From Actinomycetota bacterium (GTDB taxonomy: Bacteria > Actinomycetota > Geothermincolia > Geothermincolales > RBG-13-55-18), in assembly GCA_014360655.1 (NCBI GenBank), contig JACIXC010000001.1, forward strand, positions 17,173 to 81,172: a stretch of 64,000 bases of DNA. The letters run 5' to 3'. The position numbers and the translations under genes are program-made. Shown in pieces: positions 1-10,013 of this stretch (position 1 is its first letter; the number at the start of each line of letters is the position of its first letter). Under the pieces are notes generated by a model that ran no database searches, was not told where the DNA came from, and saw nothing but the letters and a program-made list of their open reading frames with translations.

Positions 1-1623
1 CGGCAGCGCCATGAAGGAGAGGGCCATGAAGGGGTCGCTCAACGCGCAACCCAGTCCCCGCACCGCCTCCCGCAGCTGCCGTACCCGTTCCGCCACCTTC
101 GCCAGTGGCAGGGTGGACATGAGGCCCGCCACGTCCAGGGGGAGCTCCGCGAGGACCTCCCCTCCCCTGACCGCCGCCTGGCCTCCTCCCATCTCCACCA
201 CCCTGCGTGCGGCCGCCAGGATATCGCCGTCCTCCACTCCCAGCACCACCAGGTTGTGGGAGTCGTGGGCCACGGTGGAAGCCATGGCCCCCTCGCGCAG
301 GCCGAAACCACGGATAAAGCCCACCCCCACGTTGCCCGTTCCCCGGTGCCTCTCGAATACGCATATCTTCAGGATGTCCCGTTGCGGGTCCGATACCACC
401 ATGCCCTTCTCCACGCGGGGCTTCTCCGCCAGCCTCTCCGTGACGATCTGGTCCGGGACGACCCCGATGACCAGGATGTCCCCCTTCTCCGCGGCGACGC
501 CAATTCCTGGTATTTTTTCCCAGGCCACGTTCATGGTCCCACGGGCGGCCTCACCCGGGCTCGCCTCCACCAGGAGTTCCCCTCCCGCGGCCACCCTGCG
601 CCCACGCTTGTAGACCTCCCTCACGGTGAAGTCCTCCAGATCCTCGAGCACCACCAGGTCCGCCTGCCATCCGGGGGCGATACCTCCCCTGCGGGGAAGC
701 CGGAAGCGCATCGCGGGATGCAGGGTGACCATGCGCAGCGCCTTCACGGGGTCCAGCCCCAACCCCACCGCCCGGCGCAGCACGTGGTCAAGGTGCCCCT
801 GCCTCATGAGGTCGTCGGGCTGCCGGTCGTCGGTGACCAGGAGCAGGCGGTGGGAGAAGGACTCCAGGGCGAGAGGCAGCAGAGCCTGCAGGTTCCTGGC
901 GGTGGAACCCTCGCGCACGTAGATGTACATGCCTCTTTCCAGTTTTTCCCATGCCTCCCCGCTCTCCACGCACTCGTGGTCCGACTCCACCCCCGCCGCG
1001 ATATAGGCATCGAGCCTCTCGCCCCCCAGGCCGGGCGCGTGTCCGTCAACGGGCAAGCCCCTGCATAACGCGATCTTGGCCATGACCGAAGCGTCGCCTG
1101 CGATCACGCCGGGGAAATTCATCACCTCGCCCAGGCCGACCACCGCCTCCTCCGCGAGGAGAGGAGCGAGGTCCTCCGCCTCCAGCACCGCCCCCGCCGT
1201 TTCCATGGGGGTGGCGGGCACGCAGGAGGGAAGCATGACGAAGACCTCCAGGGGGAGTCCCTCGGCCAGGCGCATCATGTAGCGCACGCCCTCCAACCCC
1301 ATCACGTTGGCTATCTCGTGGTAATCGGTGACCACCGCCGCGGTGCCGTGCGGGACCACGGCGCGGGCGTATTCCGGAAGGGAGACCAGGGAGGACTCGA
1401 TGTGCACGTGGCCGTCTATGAAGGCGGGGCAGAGGAAGGCACCGTCAAGCTCGACGCGCTCTCGCGCGCGCCTGCTCCCGAAACCGGCGATGCGCCCCCC
1501 GTGCACCGCCACCGCCTCCTCCCTGACCCTGCCGCTGAAGACATCCACCACGCGCGCCCCGGTGAAGACGAGATCGGCCTCGCCCTCTCCCCTTGCCACC
1601 GCCAGCCACGTATCGTTTTCCAT
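1..1623 (-). CDS. ade: Adenine deaminase (partial; C-terminus runs off the window start)
   Basis: Manual minus-strand translation from ATG at 1623 gives MENDTWLAVARGEGEADLVFTGARVVDVFSGRVREEAVAVHGGRIAGFGSRRARERVELDGAFLCPAFIDGHVHIESSLVS, the amidohydrolase/adenine-deaminase metal-binding signature. The ORF track omits it because there is no in-window stop. Frame verified for the first 80 codons only. Confidence 0.8.
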   Translation of the reverse strand, partial: MENDTWLAVARGEGEADLVFTGARVVDVFSGRVREEAVAVHGGRIAGFGSRRARERVELDGAFLCPAFIDGHVHIESSLVSLPEYARAVVPHGTAAVVTDYHEIANVMGLEGVRYMMRLAEGLPLEVFVMLPSCVPATPMETAGAVLEAEDLAPLLAEEAVVGLGEVMNFPGVIAGDASVMAKIALCRGLPVDGHAPGLGGERLDAYIAAGVESDHECVESGEAWEKLERGMYIYVREGSTARNLQALLPLALESFSHRLLLVTDDRQPDDLMRQGHLDHVLRRAVGLGLDPVKALRMVTLHPAMRFRLPRRGGIAPGWQADLVVLEDLEDFTVREVYKRGRRVAAGGELLVEASPGEAARGTMNVAWEKIPGIGVAAEKGDILVIGVVPDQIVTERLAEKPRVEKGMVVSDPQRDILKICVFERHRGTGNVGVGFIRGFGLREGAMASTVAHDSHNLVVLGVEDGDILAAARRVVEMGGGQAAVRGGEVLAELPLDVAGLMSTLPLAKVAERVRQLREAVRGLGCALSDPFMALSFMALP

Positions 1624-1802
1624 GCCTCCTCCCGCTCTCCGGCGCGTGCCCCGCTCCCCGCGAGGCTTCCCCTTCTCTTTATATCCCATATCATGGAAGC
1701 CGGCGCCGCCCTCGACCGGCGCTTCTCTCACTACGTGCGGGAATGACCTGCCGGTGCGGCGCCGCGCGGGCCGTGCGCGGCGGGACCGCGCGGGTAAGGC
1801 GG

Positions 1803-2816
1803 TCAGATCACCGGCTCCTCCTGCAGCTCACCCGGCTTGCGCAGGCCCTCGGCCGGATAGGCCCTCATCTCCAGGATGACCTTCAGCGCCTCTTCCTTCA
1901 TGGCGTAATCGAATGCCTGCAGCCCCATCTCCAGCGGGAACCTGCGGTCGATGAGCTCCTGCACGTTGACCAGCCCCCGCATGAGGGCGCGGATGGCGGG
2001 CTGGAAAGGCCCGCAGCGCGAGCCGATGACCTGCACTTCGTCCACCACCAGCCTGGAGACGTCCAGCAGGACGTTGTCCACGAAAGTGCTCTTCTGCACG
2101 ATGGTCCCCGCGGGCTTCACCAGGGCACGGGCCATCTCGAAGCCCTCCGGCCTTCCCGTGCACTCCACCACCACGTCAAAACGTTCTTCCCCTGCCCCAT
2201 CGCTCTCCAGGGCGGTCCTCACCCCCAGGCGATCGAGGATCTTAAGCTTGTGGGGATAGCGCCCCACGGCAAGCAAGGAACAACCCGAGAGCCGCATCAC
2301 CTGGGCCGCCAGCAGCCCCAGCTTGCCGTCTCCCAGAACCGCGACCCGCAAGCGCGGGCTCAGGTGCACCTGTTCGGCGATGCGGAAGCAGGCCGCCAGT
2401 GGCTCCACGAAAACGGCGGTGTAGGTGGGCATGGTGTCAGGGACCAGGTGGAGGTTGGAGACGGGGAGAACGGTGTACTCGGCGAAGGTGCCGTTCCTGC
2501 CGCTTATCCCCAGGGTGGTGCGCTGCGGGCAGTGGTTTCCTTTTCCCTCGATGCACATGGCGCAGACGCCGCAGGGGCAGTTTATCTCCCCCACCACCCT
2601 TTTCCCGACCCATTCGGGATTGTCGCAGCTCTCCACCACCCCCACGAACTCGTGACCCAGTATGCCCTTGAACTCCATGTAGCCATGGACCACCTCCAGG
2701 TCCGTGTGGCATATGCCCGCGGCGATGACCTTGATCAGGGCCTCGCCCGGTCCCGGTTCCGGCATGGGCAGGTCGTCGCGGAGCTGCAGTTCGCCGTCGA
2801 AATACAGGCCCAACAT
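1803..2816 (-). CDS. Zn-dependent alcohol dehydrogenase (MDR family, threonine/sorbitol DH-like)
   Basis: 337 aa. GICHTDL...GHEFVG zinc-binding motif, structural-Zn Cys cluster CPCGVCAMCIEGKGNHC, Rossmann VLGDGKLGL. Confidence 0.85.
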   Translation of the reverse strand: MLGLYFDGELQLRDDLPMPEPGPGEALIKVIAAGICHTDLEVVHGYMEFKGILGHEFVGVVESCDNPEWVGKRVVGEINCPCGVCAMCIEGKGNHCPQRTTLGISGRNGTFAEYTVLPVSNLHLVPDTMPTYTAVFVEPLAACFRIAEQVHLSPRLRVAVLGDGKLGLLAAQVMRLSGCSLLAVGRYPHKLKILDRLGVRTALESDGAGEERFDVVVECTGRPEGFEMARALVKPAGTIVQKSTFVDNVLLDVSRLVVDEVQVIGSRCGPFQPAIRALMRGLVNVQELIDRRFPLEMGLQAFDYAMKEEALKVILEMRAYPAEGLRKPGELQEEPVI

Positions 2817-3268
2817 CTCGCGCCACTCTCCTTTACTCCCTCAACAACGCCGGCGGAGCCTGAAAGCCGCTCGTATTCTATCTTACCTCATGCGCGGGCT
2901 TACTTCCCGCCCTTTCTCGATCCGGTTCCGGCGAGGAAAACCCCTTTTCCTCTTACGTCTTGGTTTGATCTACCATGGGTTCGCAGAGGCTTCTCCCCTC
3001 CCCGGACCCCATCGTGACCCTTCATGTCTCCCTGGGGCCCTTTACGCCTCTTCACGGAGATTCCCTCAAACCGACTTGTTTTTCGCGCATCTCGGAACCC
3101 TTTTTCACCATTCTGCAACACAACCCGTCTTCCCTTCCGAGAACAAGCGCGGCCCGTGCCCGGTCTGTCCACGCCCGCCACGGTAGCCCGAGAGGAAGCG
3201 AAAGGCGTCACACCCACACGACACGAGGCGCTTGCCCCGTTCATTCCAAGGAGCGGTGAGGAAGCGCT

Positions 3269-5821
3269 TCAGCTGGGAGCGTGGATTTCCGCCGGCTCCG
3301 GTCCGCCGGCCTCTTCGGATTCCCACTCCTCCCGCGGATGCGGCTTCCTGCGGGCGATGATGGTGATGATGGAGGGAAGCACCAGGAGGCTCGCCGCAAG
3401 GGAGACGGCCAGGGAAAGCGCGGTGATGAGCCCGAAACGGCGGATGGGGGCCATCTTGGAATAGGAGATGACCAGGAAGGCGCCGGCGGTGGAGGCCGCG
3501 CTGGCCAGGAGGGGTTTTCCCACGCGCATCACGGAGATGTCCAAGGCCTCCGCCACGCTAACCTCTTGCGGGGAGTATTCCTCCAGGAATCGGTGGGTCA
3601 CGTGGATGCCGTAGTCGATTCCCATGCCGATGATCATGGATGCCACCAGCACGGTCATCATGTCCAGTTCCCACCCCATGAGCGCCAGGAACCCCATCTC
3701 CACCGCCACCCCGGCCACCAGCACGGAGAGGGTGGCCAGCCCGTAGGTGACGGAACGGAAGATGAGGATGAGCACCAACCCGGAGAGCAGCAGAGCGAGG
3801 AGCGCCGTGCGCAACTGGGTGGGAACCAGGTTCCCCAGCAGATCGTAGGTGAGGGGGGTGATGCCTCCCACCTTGTATCCGATAGCGAGCGAGCCGAAGC
3901 AGTTCTCGGCCGCCTCCTTGAGGACGCGGTTCTTGTCTATGGCCTCCCGGTTGCTCCTGGCGCCCTCGCTGAACACGCTGATCAGGGCGGCCCGGTGATC
4001 GGCGGAGATCAGCTTGCCCTCCTGCGACCCGAAGAGCTCGCTGATGGTGGCGAGGTCCTCTTCCGCCTCCTTCGCCGTGGCCGGCAGGGAGGCGGCGTAA
4101 TCCGCTCCCGGCGCGGCCTTTCCCGTCTCCACGCGGAAATCCTGCAGCAGTTCCGCGAGGGTCGAGCTCCCGTTCTCCGTGAAATAGGGCGTGGATGCCA
4201 GTTCCTCCTGGAAGCGGCGCATGGCGGCCAGTACCTGGGGCTCCAGCACGTTTCCGGTCAGGAGCACCACGTCCTCCTGCTGTCCCCCGAAGATGCGCTC
4301 CTGCTCGTACTGGGCCTGCAGCGAGGGGATGTCCTGCGGGGCCAGGGCACGCAGGTCCGGGGTGGTGGTCAGGCGCAGGGAACCCAACACGCAGGCCAAG
4401 ACCACCAGAACATAGATGGCCACCACCGCGCGGGGGCGGTCCTGCGAAATGCCCGCGATCCTTCCCATGGCGCGGTCGATCCGCGAGCTTCCTCGCGACG
4501 AGAAGATGGCGACGCCGCGGGGAGCACGGCTTCCCTCCCGGCGCAACCTGCGGTCCTCGCGCAGGATCATGAGGGCGGGGAGGAAGGTCACGCTGAGCAG
4601 GAAACAGATGCCTATGCCCACCGCGCCCATGTAACCGAACTGCCGCATGACGTCGAAGTCGGAAAAATGAAAGCTCGCGAAACCGAAGAAGGTGGTGATG
4701 CAGGCCAGGAAGACGGCTACTCCGACGGTCACCACCGCGCGGTAAGCGGCGTCCCTCTGGTCCTTGCGCATGCCGAATTCCTCGTAAAAGCGGCTCATCA
4801 TGTAGACGAGGTTCCCCAGGCTGATCCCCAGCACCAGCGGCCCGATGACGGCGGAGAGCATGGTGTAGGGAACGTGCAGCCATCCCATGAGCCCGTATAT
4901 CCACATGGCGGACATGACGATCACCGCGAGGGGAAGGAAGATGTCTGTGAACCTCTGGAAGGTCATGTAAAGCAGGAGCATGAGCACCAGGACGGCGATA
5001 AGGGCCAGTACCCAGGTGCTCTCGAAGACGTAGTTCTCCAGGTCACGGTCTATGGAAGGGTCGCCGCTTATCATTACCCTTGCAGGTATCTCGCCGTCCT
5101 CGAAGTATCCGTGGAAGAAATCCTCGAACCTGCGGGCCGCCTCCCGCATCTCCTCCGTCTTCAGCATGGGGTTGACTTTGACCCAGATGGCGGCGTGCTT
5201 CCCGTCCGCGGAGAGGAGCGCGGAGCCCTCCTTCTCCACCGTCCACTTGCGTGCCACCGGGTTCGCCAAATACTGCGCGACCCCCTTCTCGATGGCCTCC
5301 TCAAAGGGGATGCTCCTCGCGGGGTCGTCGGGGTCGGGCACCGTGGTCCCCTCCGCGAAGCGCAGGATGGCGCCGATGTCGTTTATCAAAGGCCCGTAGG
5401 TCTTGCGCGCCTCGTTCAGGGCGTTCAGGGCGAACCCGGTGAGGAAATGCTCCATGTAGGTGTAATATTCCTCCCCCACCTCCGCTGCCATCTCCTTCTC
5501 GAGCAGGAGGAACTTCTTGATCATGGGGTAGGTGAGCAGGCGGTCGCTCTCCACCATGGGGATCTCGTAGACGGTGCCGCCGAAAAGCCGGTCCACTTCC
5601 TCGATGGTGCGCGAGGTCTCGAACTTGCTGGGGATGAGGTCCTTCTGGCCCGCCTTCACATCGATGAAGCCCATGCCCGCCGCCACCGGCAGGGTGAGGG
5701 CGATGCAGATAAGGACCACCGCGAGCGCATGATCGCGGCACAAGCGGGCGAAGAACTTCAACCTTCCATCCTCCTCCTGGCCTGTTCCCGTGCGGCGGGC
5801 AAATGCCTTGCCGCCATCCAC
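3269..5821 (-). CDS. MMPL/RND-superfamily membrane exporter (two 6-TM modules)
   Basis: 850 aa. Duplicated hydrophobic MMPL-type blocks separated by soluble loops; typical RND/MMPL length and topology. Confidence 0.85.
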   Translation of the reverse strand: MDGGKAFARRTGTGQEEDGRLKFFARLCRDHALAVVLICIALTLPVAAGMGFIDVKAGQKDLIPSKFETSRTIEEVDRLFGGTVYEIPMVESDRLLTYPMIKKFLLLEKEMAAEVGEEYYTYMEHFLTGFALNALNEARKTYGPLINDIGAILRFAEGTTVPDPDDPARSIPFEEAIEKGVAQYLANPVARKWTVEKEGSALLSADGKHAAIWVKVNPMLKTEEMREAARRFEDFFHGYFEDGEIPARVMISGDPSIDRDLENYVFESTWVLALIAVLVLMLLLYMTFQRFTDIFLPLAVIVMSAMWIYGLMGWLHVPYTMLSAVIGPLVLGISLGNLVYMMSRFYEEFGMRKDQRDAAYRAVVTVGVAVFLACITTFFGFASFHFSDFDVMRQFGYMGAVGIGICFLLSVTFLPALMILREDRRLRREGSRAPRGVAIFSSRGSSRIDRAMGRIAGISQDRPRAVVAIYVLVVLACVLGSLRLTTTPDLRALAPQDIPSLQAQYEQERIFGGQQEDVVLLTGNVLEPQVLAAMRRFQEELASTPYFTENGSSTLAELLQDFRVETGKAAPGADYAASLPATAKEAEEDLATISELFGSQEGKLISADHRAALISVFSEGARSNREAIDKNRVLKEAAENCFGSLAIGYKVGGITPLTYDLLGNLVPTQLRTALLALLLSGLVLILIFRSVTYGLATLSVLVAGVAVEMGFLALMGWELDMMTVLVASMIIGMGIDYGIHVTHRFLEEYSPQEVSVAEALDISVMRVGKPLLASAASTAGAFLVISYSKMAPIRRFGLITALSLAVSLAASLLVLPSIITIIARRKPHPREEWESEEAGGPEPAEIHAPS

Positions 5822-6148
5822 CCGCCGATATTCCTAACCATTATAATCATTTCGCCGGCATTTGGTTACCTACCTTGCGCCCCCATGCTCACACATACTT
5901 ACATTTTTGCCCGCCCTTGCCCTCCCGCTCCCGGCGGCCATGACTTCCGGCCGCCGCGCATTTCCGTTAGTTCACGGCTGGCAGGGTCTTTTTCCTGCCG
6001 ATGAGGGGGTGATATCCTCATGCGTATGGCGGCGCGGTTTCCACGGTAAGGACCGGGATCGCCGCGGCTTTCCGCAGTGCGCCCCACCCGGCGCCGAAGG
6101 TGAAGGTGGGCGAGGGGACTCGTTTCCCCTCAAGGTAAGGAGCTTACG

Positions 6149-7243
6149 TTGGCTTATCTTCTTGTAAGCAGGGTTTCCTCCTACCGCGAGGACGAGGTCC
6201 GTCCCGCCGTCTCCGATATGCTTGACAGAAGCGGGCTGGAGTGGCGGGGAAAAACGGTCCTGGTCAAACCCAACCTGCTGGGGCCCTTCACCCCGCAATC
6301 CGGGGTGGTGACGCATCCCTGCGTAATCCGCTCCCTGCGCGACGAGCTGCGCCGCAGGGGCTGCCGCGTGATGGTGGGGGATAACCCGGGCATACGCGGC
6401 TACGGCATGGTGGGCCGCATGGCCCGCGTGAGCGGCGCGGAGGAGGCTGCGGGAGAGGATCTCGTCAACCTCGGCCTGCGCCCGCGGCAGGTCGCGATAG
6501 ATTCGCGCCACGTGAGGCGCGTTTCCGTGTGCTCCGAGGTCTTCGAGGCGGACTTGTGGATATCCGTCCCCAAGTTCAAGACCCACATGACCACGGTCAT
6601 CACCGGCGCCGTGAAGAACAGCTACGGGCTCCTGGTGGGAGGGGAAAAAGCCCGTCTCCACGCCGCCGCCCCCCGTCCGTGGGACTTCGGCGAGCTGCTG
6701 GTGGACCTCTACGCGCTGCGCCCCCCCGACCTGGTGATCATGGACGCGGTGGTGGGCATGGAGGGGAACGGCCCCTCGGGTGGCAAGCTAAGGGACATCG
6801 GCGTCCTGCTGTCCTCGCGCAGCGGCGGCGTGATCGACCTGGCCATGTGCCGCATGGCCGGCATCGATCCCGCGCGCGTTCCCACCCAGGCCTGGGCGAC
6901 GAGGCGCGGCCTGGCACCGGACGACCTGGAGGCCGTGGAGGTGTTGGGGGAGTTACCGGTCATACCCCGCTTCAGGAAGCCCTCCACCATGGCGCGGCTC
7001 GATCCCGGCGGTGCGGTACAGAAGCTCATCTTCCGCAGTCTCTCGCGGCCGCGCCTGGGGGTGAACAGGAAGAGGTGCACCGGCTGCGGTTCCTGCGTGC
7101 GCGGATGCCCGGTGCAGGCCATCTCCCTGCACGGGTATCCCCGCTTCGACGCCGCGAAGTGCATAGCCTGCTACTGCTGCCACGAGCTGTGCCCCGAGGG
7201 AGCCGTAAAGGTCGGCGGGATGGTCGCCTTCCTGCGCGGCTAG
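6149..7243 (+). CDS. DUF362-domain protein with C-terminal 2x[4Fe-4S] ferredoxin domain
   Basis: 364 aa. LVKPNLL ... VPKFKTHMTTVITGAVKNSYGL DUF362 core. C-terminal CTGCGSCVRGCP and CIACYCCHELCP ferredoxin motifs. Confidence 0.75.
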   Translation: MAYLLVSRVSSYREDEVRPAVSDMLDRSGLEWRGKTVLVKPNLLGPFTPQSGVVTHPCVIRSLRDELRRRGCRVMVGDNPGIRGYGMVGRMARVSGAEEAAGEDLVNLGLRPRQVAIDSRHVRRVSVCSEVFEADLWISVPKFKTHMTTVITGAVKNSYGLLVGGEKARLHAAAPRPWDFGELLVDLYALRPPDLVIMDAVVGMEGNGPSGGKLRDIGVLLSSRSGGVIDLAMCRMAGIDPARVPTQAWATRRGLAPDDLEAVEVLGELPVIPRFRKPSTMARLDPGGAVQKLIFRSLSRPRLGVNRKRCTGCGSCVRGCPVQAISLHGYPRFDAAKCIACYCCHELCPEGAVKVGGMVAFLRG

Positions 7244-7280
7244 AGACTCGTTTTCAACGGATAGAAAAGCATCTTCCGTA

Positions 7281-8873
7281 TTGATAAGATGTTGTGAGGT
7301 CGCTACTGTTCATGCCGCTGTCAAGGACGGCCCGTCGGATGGAAAGGCACTGGAGATGACGCTTCTCACCGATTCCCTGGACCGGGACCTGGTCGGTTTT
7401 CCCGAGTTCAAACTCATGCATTTCGAGGGCCGCGATTACACCAACCTCCATATCTACAGCGAGTCCTGCCGCATAGGGAACGCCCTGCGCGAGCTCGGCC
7501 TGCAGGCCGGCGACGTGCTGCTCATCCACACCGAGAACATCCCCGAATTCATATTCTTGTTCGGCGCCTGCGCGAAAACGGGCGTCGTGTTCTGCCCCAC
7601 CCTCTTCCTCATCAGCGCCGAGGAGCTTTCCTGGATAGCCGAGCACTGCGAGGCCAAGTGGGTGGTGACCACGCCGAACCTGCTGCCGAAAGTGCGCACC
7701 GCATGCTCCCGACTGCTGGAAAAGGGCCGGGTGATCCTCTGCGAGGGGGAGGAGAGCGGCCTGGTCTCCCTCTCGGACCTCACCAGGGACCAGCCGGAGG
7801 AGCTACCAACCTCCCGCGAGATGGGCGAGGACGACACGGCGGCCCTCCTTTACACCTCGGGCACCACGGGGAAACCCAAGGGAGTCATGCTGACCCACCG
7901 CAACCTCGGAAGCAACGCGCGCTCGACAGCCGAGACCAACCGCATGACGCGGGGGGAAGTGGCCCTCTCCGCCCTTCCCCTCACCCATTCCTACGGGCTT
8001 ACCATGTCCCTGGTGCCGCCGCTCGTGGGCCTCTACTGCGTGCTGGTGCGCTGGTTCGACGCGGAGGATATCTTCGCCTACACCGAAAGCCACCACATAA
8101 CCACCATGACGGGAGTGCCGGCCATGTACATCCAGCTCCTCAACCACCCGCGCGCCCCCCAGTACAACGTGCGCAGCTGGAAACGGTTGCTGAGCGGAGC
8201 CGCTCCCCTTCCGGAGGAGGTGCTCCTCGCTTTCCGGGAAAAGTTCGGCGTCTATATCTACGAGGGTTACGGGCTTACGGAGGCTTCACCGGTGGTCTCC
8301 TGCCAGAGGCCGGACATCCCGTTAAAGCCCGGATCGGTAGGTCCCCCCATCAAGGGAGTGGAGGTGAGCATCCGCGACGAGTTCGAGCGCGTCCTTCCGG
8401 CCGGCAGCCCCGGCGAGATCTGCGTGCGCGGCCCGAACGTCATGAAGGGGTACTTCAAGGACCCGGAGGAAACGGAGAAGGCGCTGCGCGGGGGATGGCT
8501 GCACACCGGCGACATCGGCTATCTCGACGAGGACGGCTACCTCTACATCGTGGAGCGGAAGAAGGACCTCATCATATCGGGAGGTTTCAACCTCTACCCC
8601 TCCGAGGTGGAACAGGTGCTGGAAAGGCATCCCGCGGTACGGGAGGTCGCCGTGGTGGGAGAGCCCGACCCCATCAGGGGCGAGGTGGTGCACGCCTTCG
8701 TGGTCCTGGAGGAAGGCCTTGAGGCTTCGGAGGCGGAGCTCATCGAGTTCGCCCGCAATTCCCTCGTCTATTACAAGGTCCCGCACCGCGTGTCTTTCCT
8801 CGACGAGATGCCGCGTACCTTCCTGGGAAAAGCTTCCAAGAAAGAATTGCGGGAACGCCTGCTGCACCGGTAA
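7281..8873 (+). CDS. AMP-dependent acyl-CoA synthetase/ligase
   Basis: 530 aa. AMP-binding signature LYTSGTTGKPKGVMLTHRNL, GYGLTE, conserved C-terminal Lys. Real start may be internal (MTLLTD at about 7356). Confidence 0.85.
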   Translation: MIRCCEVATVHAAVKDGPSDGKALEMTLLTDSLDRDLVGFPEFKLMHFEGRDYTNLHIYSESCRIGNALRELGLQAGDVLLIHTENIPEFIFLFGACAKTGVVFCPTLFLISAEELSWIAEHCEAKWVVTTPNLLPKVRTACSRLLEKGRVILCEGEESGLVSLSDLTRDQPEELPTSREMGEDDTAALLYTSGTTGKPKGVMLTHRNLGSNARSTAETNRMTRGEVALSALPLTHSYGLTMSLVPPLVGLYCVLVRWFDAEDIFAYTESHHITTMTGVPAMYIQLLNHPRAPQYNVRSWKRLLSGAAPLPEEVLLAFREKFGVYIYEGYGLTEASPVVSCQRPDIPLKPGSVGPPIKGVEVSIRDEFERVLPAGSPGEICVRGPNVMKGYFKDPEETEKALRGGWLHTGDIGYLDEDGYLYIVERKKDLIISGGFNLYPSEVEQVLERHPAVREVAVVGEPDPIRGEVVHAFVVLEEGLEASEAELIEFARNSLVYYKVPHRVSFLDEMPRTFLGKASKKELRERLLHR

Positions 8874-8925
8874 GCCACGGCGGCGTCCGCGAGCGCTTGA
8901 CCGCCTCCGCACGGCCCGCGGCCGT

Positions 8926-9912
8926 TCACAAGAGCGACATGCCCCTCTCTTCCTCCACGCGCCTCCTCAGCTCGCGCAGGTTATGCGCGCCCGGTTCCCT
9001 CTGCCCCCTTTCCAGCTCCCTCACCAGGGAGAGCAAGGCACCCGTCACTGGTGCCTTCAGGCCATGCTCGCCTGCCCTTTCCAGCAACCTCCCGCACAGC
9101 CATTCCACCTCCGTGGCGGACCCACGCATGACGTCACGCAGCATGGGCGGTCGCACGCGCCGCCACACCGCCGCTTCCCAGGGCGAATCCTCGACCGGCA
9201 GCTCCACGCCGTGCAACGCGGCCACCCGCGCGCACTCCTCCGCCGCCTCGCGCGCATAGAAGGCCAGCTCCTCGCGCCACTCCTCGCGCGAGCGGAGGCT
9301 CTCGGGCGCTTCCCCGCACAGGCCGCAAAGGCAGCTCACGCCGGCCGCGTCACGGACCCTCCGCCACAGCTCCGGGCGTATGTCCTCCCGCAATCCGACC
9401 GCCGTCACCCCAGGGCCACCCAGGGTTTCCGAAAGCGCCGCCAGGCGCGAGGCGTTGCCGCCCTCCCGCATGCCGCCCAGGATCAGGGAGCGCACCTCCT
9501 CCACCCACACCTCGCCCTCCTCTCCCTCCTCCGCCGAGAACCAGGGCGCCGCCGCCACCGCCCTTTCCGCGCCCACCATGGCGGCGAGCTCCTCCGCCGC
9601 GAAACCTTCCTGCAGGGAGAGGTAGAGGGTGTCGCGGTGGACGAAGGGGCTCAGCGGCCGCAGCGCGTCCCCGGAATCTCCCGCCTTGACCGCAAGGACG
9701 ATGAGGTCGAAGGGGGCGTCCGCCTCCCCGGGCGAGTGTACCGGCAGCCCCTCCGCGACCTCGAGCGCCCCACGAAGGCGAATGCCCCGCGCCGCCAGTT
9801 GCTCCCTCCTGTCCTCCCTCCTCTCGTAGAGGTGCACCTCGCTTCCTCCCGCATGCAGCAGGTGGGCCACGAGGCTGCCCGCGGCTCCCGCTCCGATGAC
9901 GGCGATCCTCAT
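8926..9912 (-). CDS. 2-dehydropantoate 2-reductase family oxidoreductase (ApbA/PanE-like)
   Basis: 328 aa. N-terminal MRIAVIGAGAAGS Rossmann motif, ApbA-family length and C-terminal domain. Confidence 0.75.
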   Translation of the reverse strand: MRIAVIGAGAAGSLVAHLLHAGGSEVHLYERREDRREQLAARGIRLRGALEVAEGLPVHSPGEADAPFDLIVLAVKAGDSGDALRPLSPFVHRDTLYLSLQEGFAAEELAAMVGAERAVAAAPWFSAEEGEEGEVWVEEVRSLILGGMREGGNASRLAALSETLGGPGVTAVGLREDIRPELWRRVRDAAGVSCLCGLCGEAPESLRSREEWREELAFYAREAAEECARVAALHGVELPVEDSPWEAAVWRRVRPPMLRDVMRGSATEVEWLCGRLLERAGEHGLKAPVTGALLSLVRELERGQREPGAHNLRELRRRVEEERGMSLL

Positions 9913-10013
9913 TGCTCCTCCCGGGCCGTTTTTCTCATCCCTTCCCCAGCGCCTCCCGGAAACACGCGGCGCCGTGCCGCGCAGGATGACTTCGCGTCAT
10001 GCTCCCTGGCCCC

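Noticed and set aside
3281-6004. 907-aa plus-strand ORF antisense to the MMPL gene. Similar long alternate-frame ORFs: 1593-3017, 3558-4904, 8719-10404, 25924-28638, 35429-36865, 38441-39538, 46470-48155, 49591-51513.
   Set aside because: Low-complexity Arg/Gly/Pro/His-rich translations typical of off-frame reading in 70% GC DNA. Each lies opposite or out of frame with a gene that has clear family signatures.
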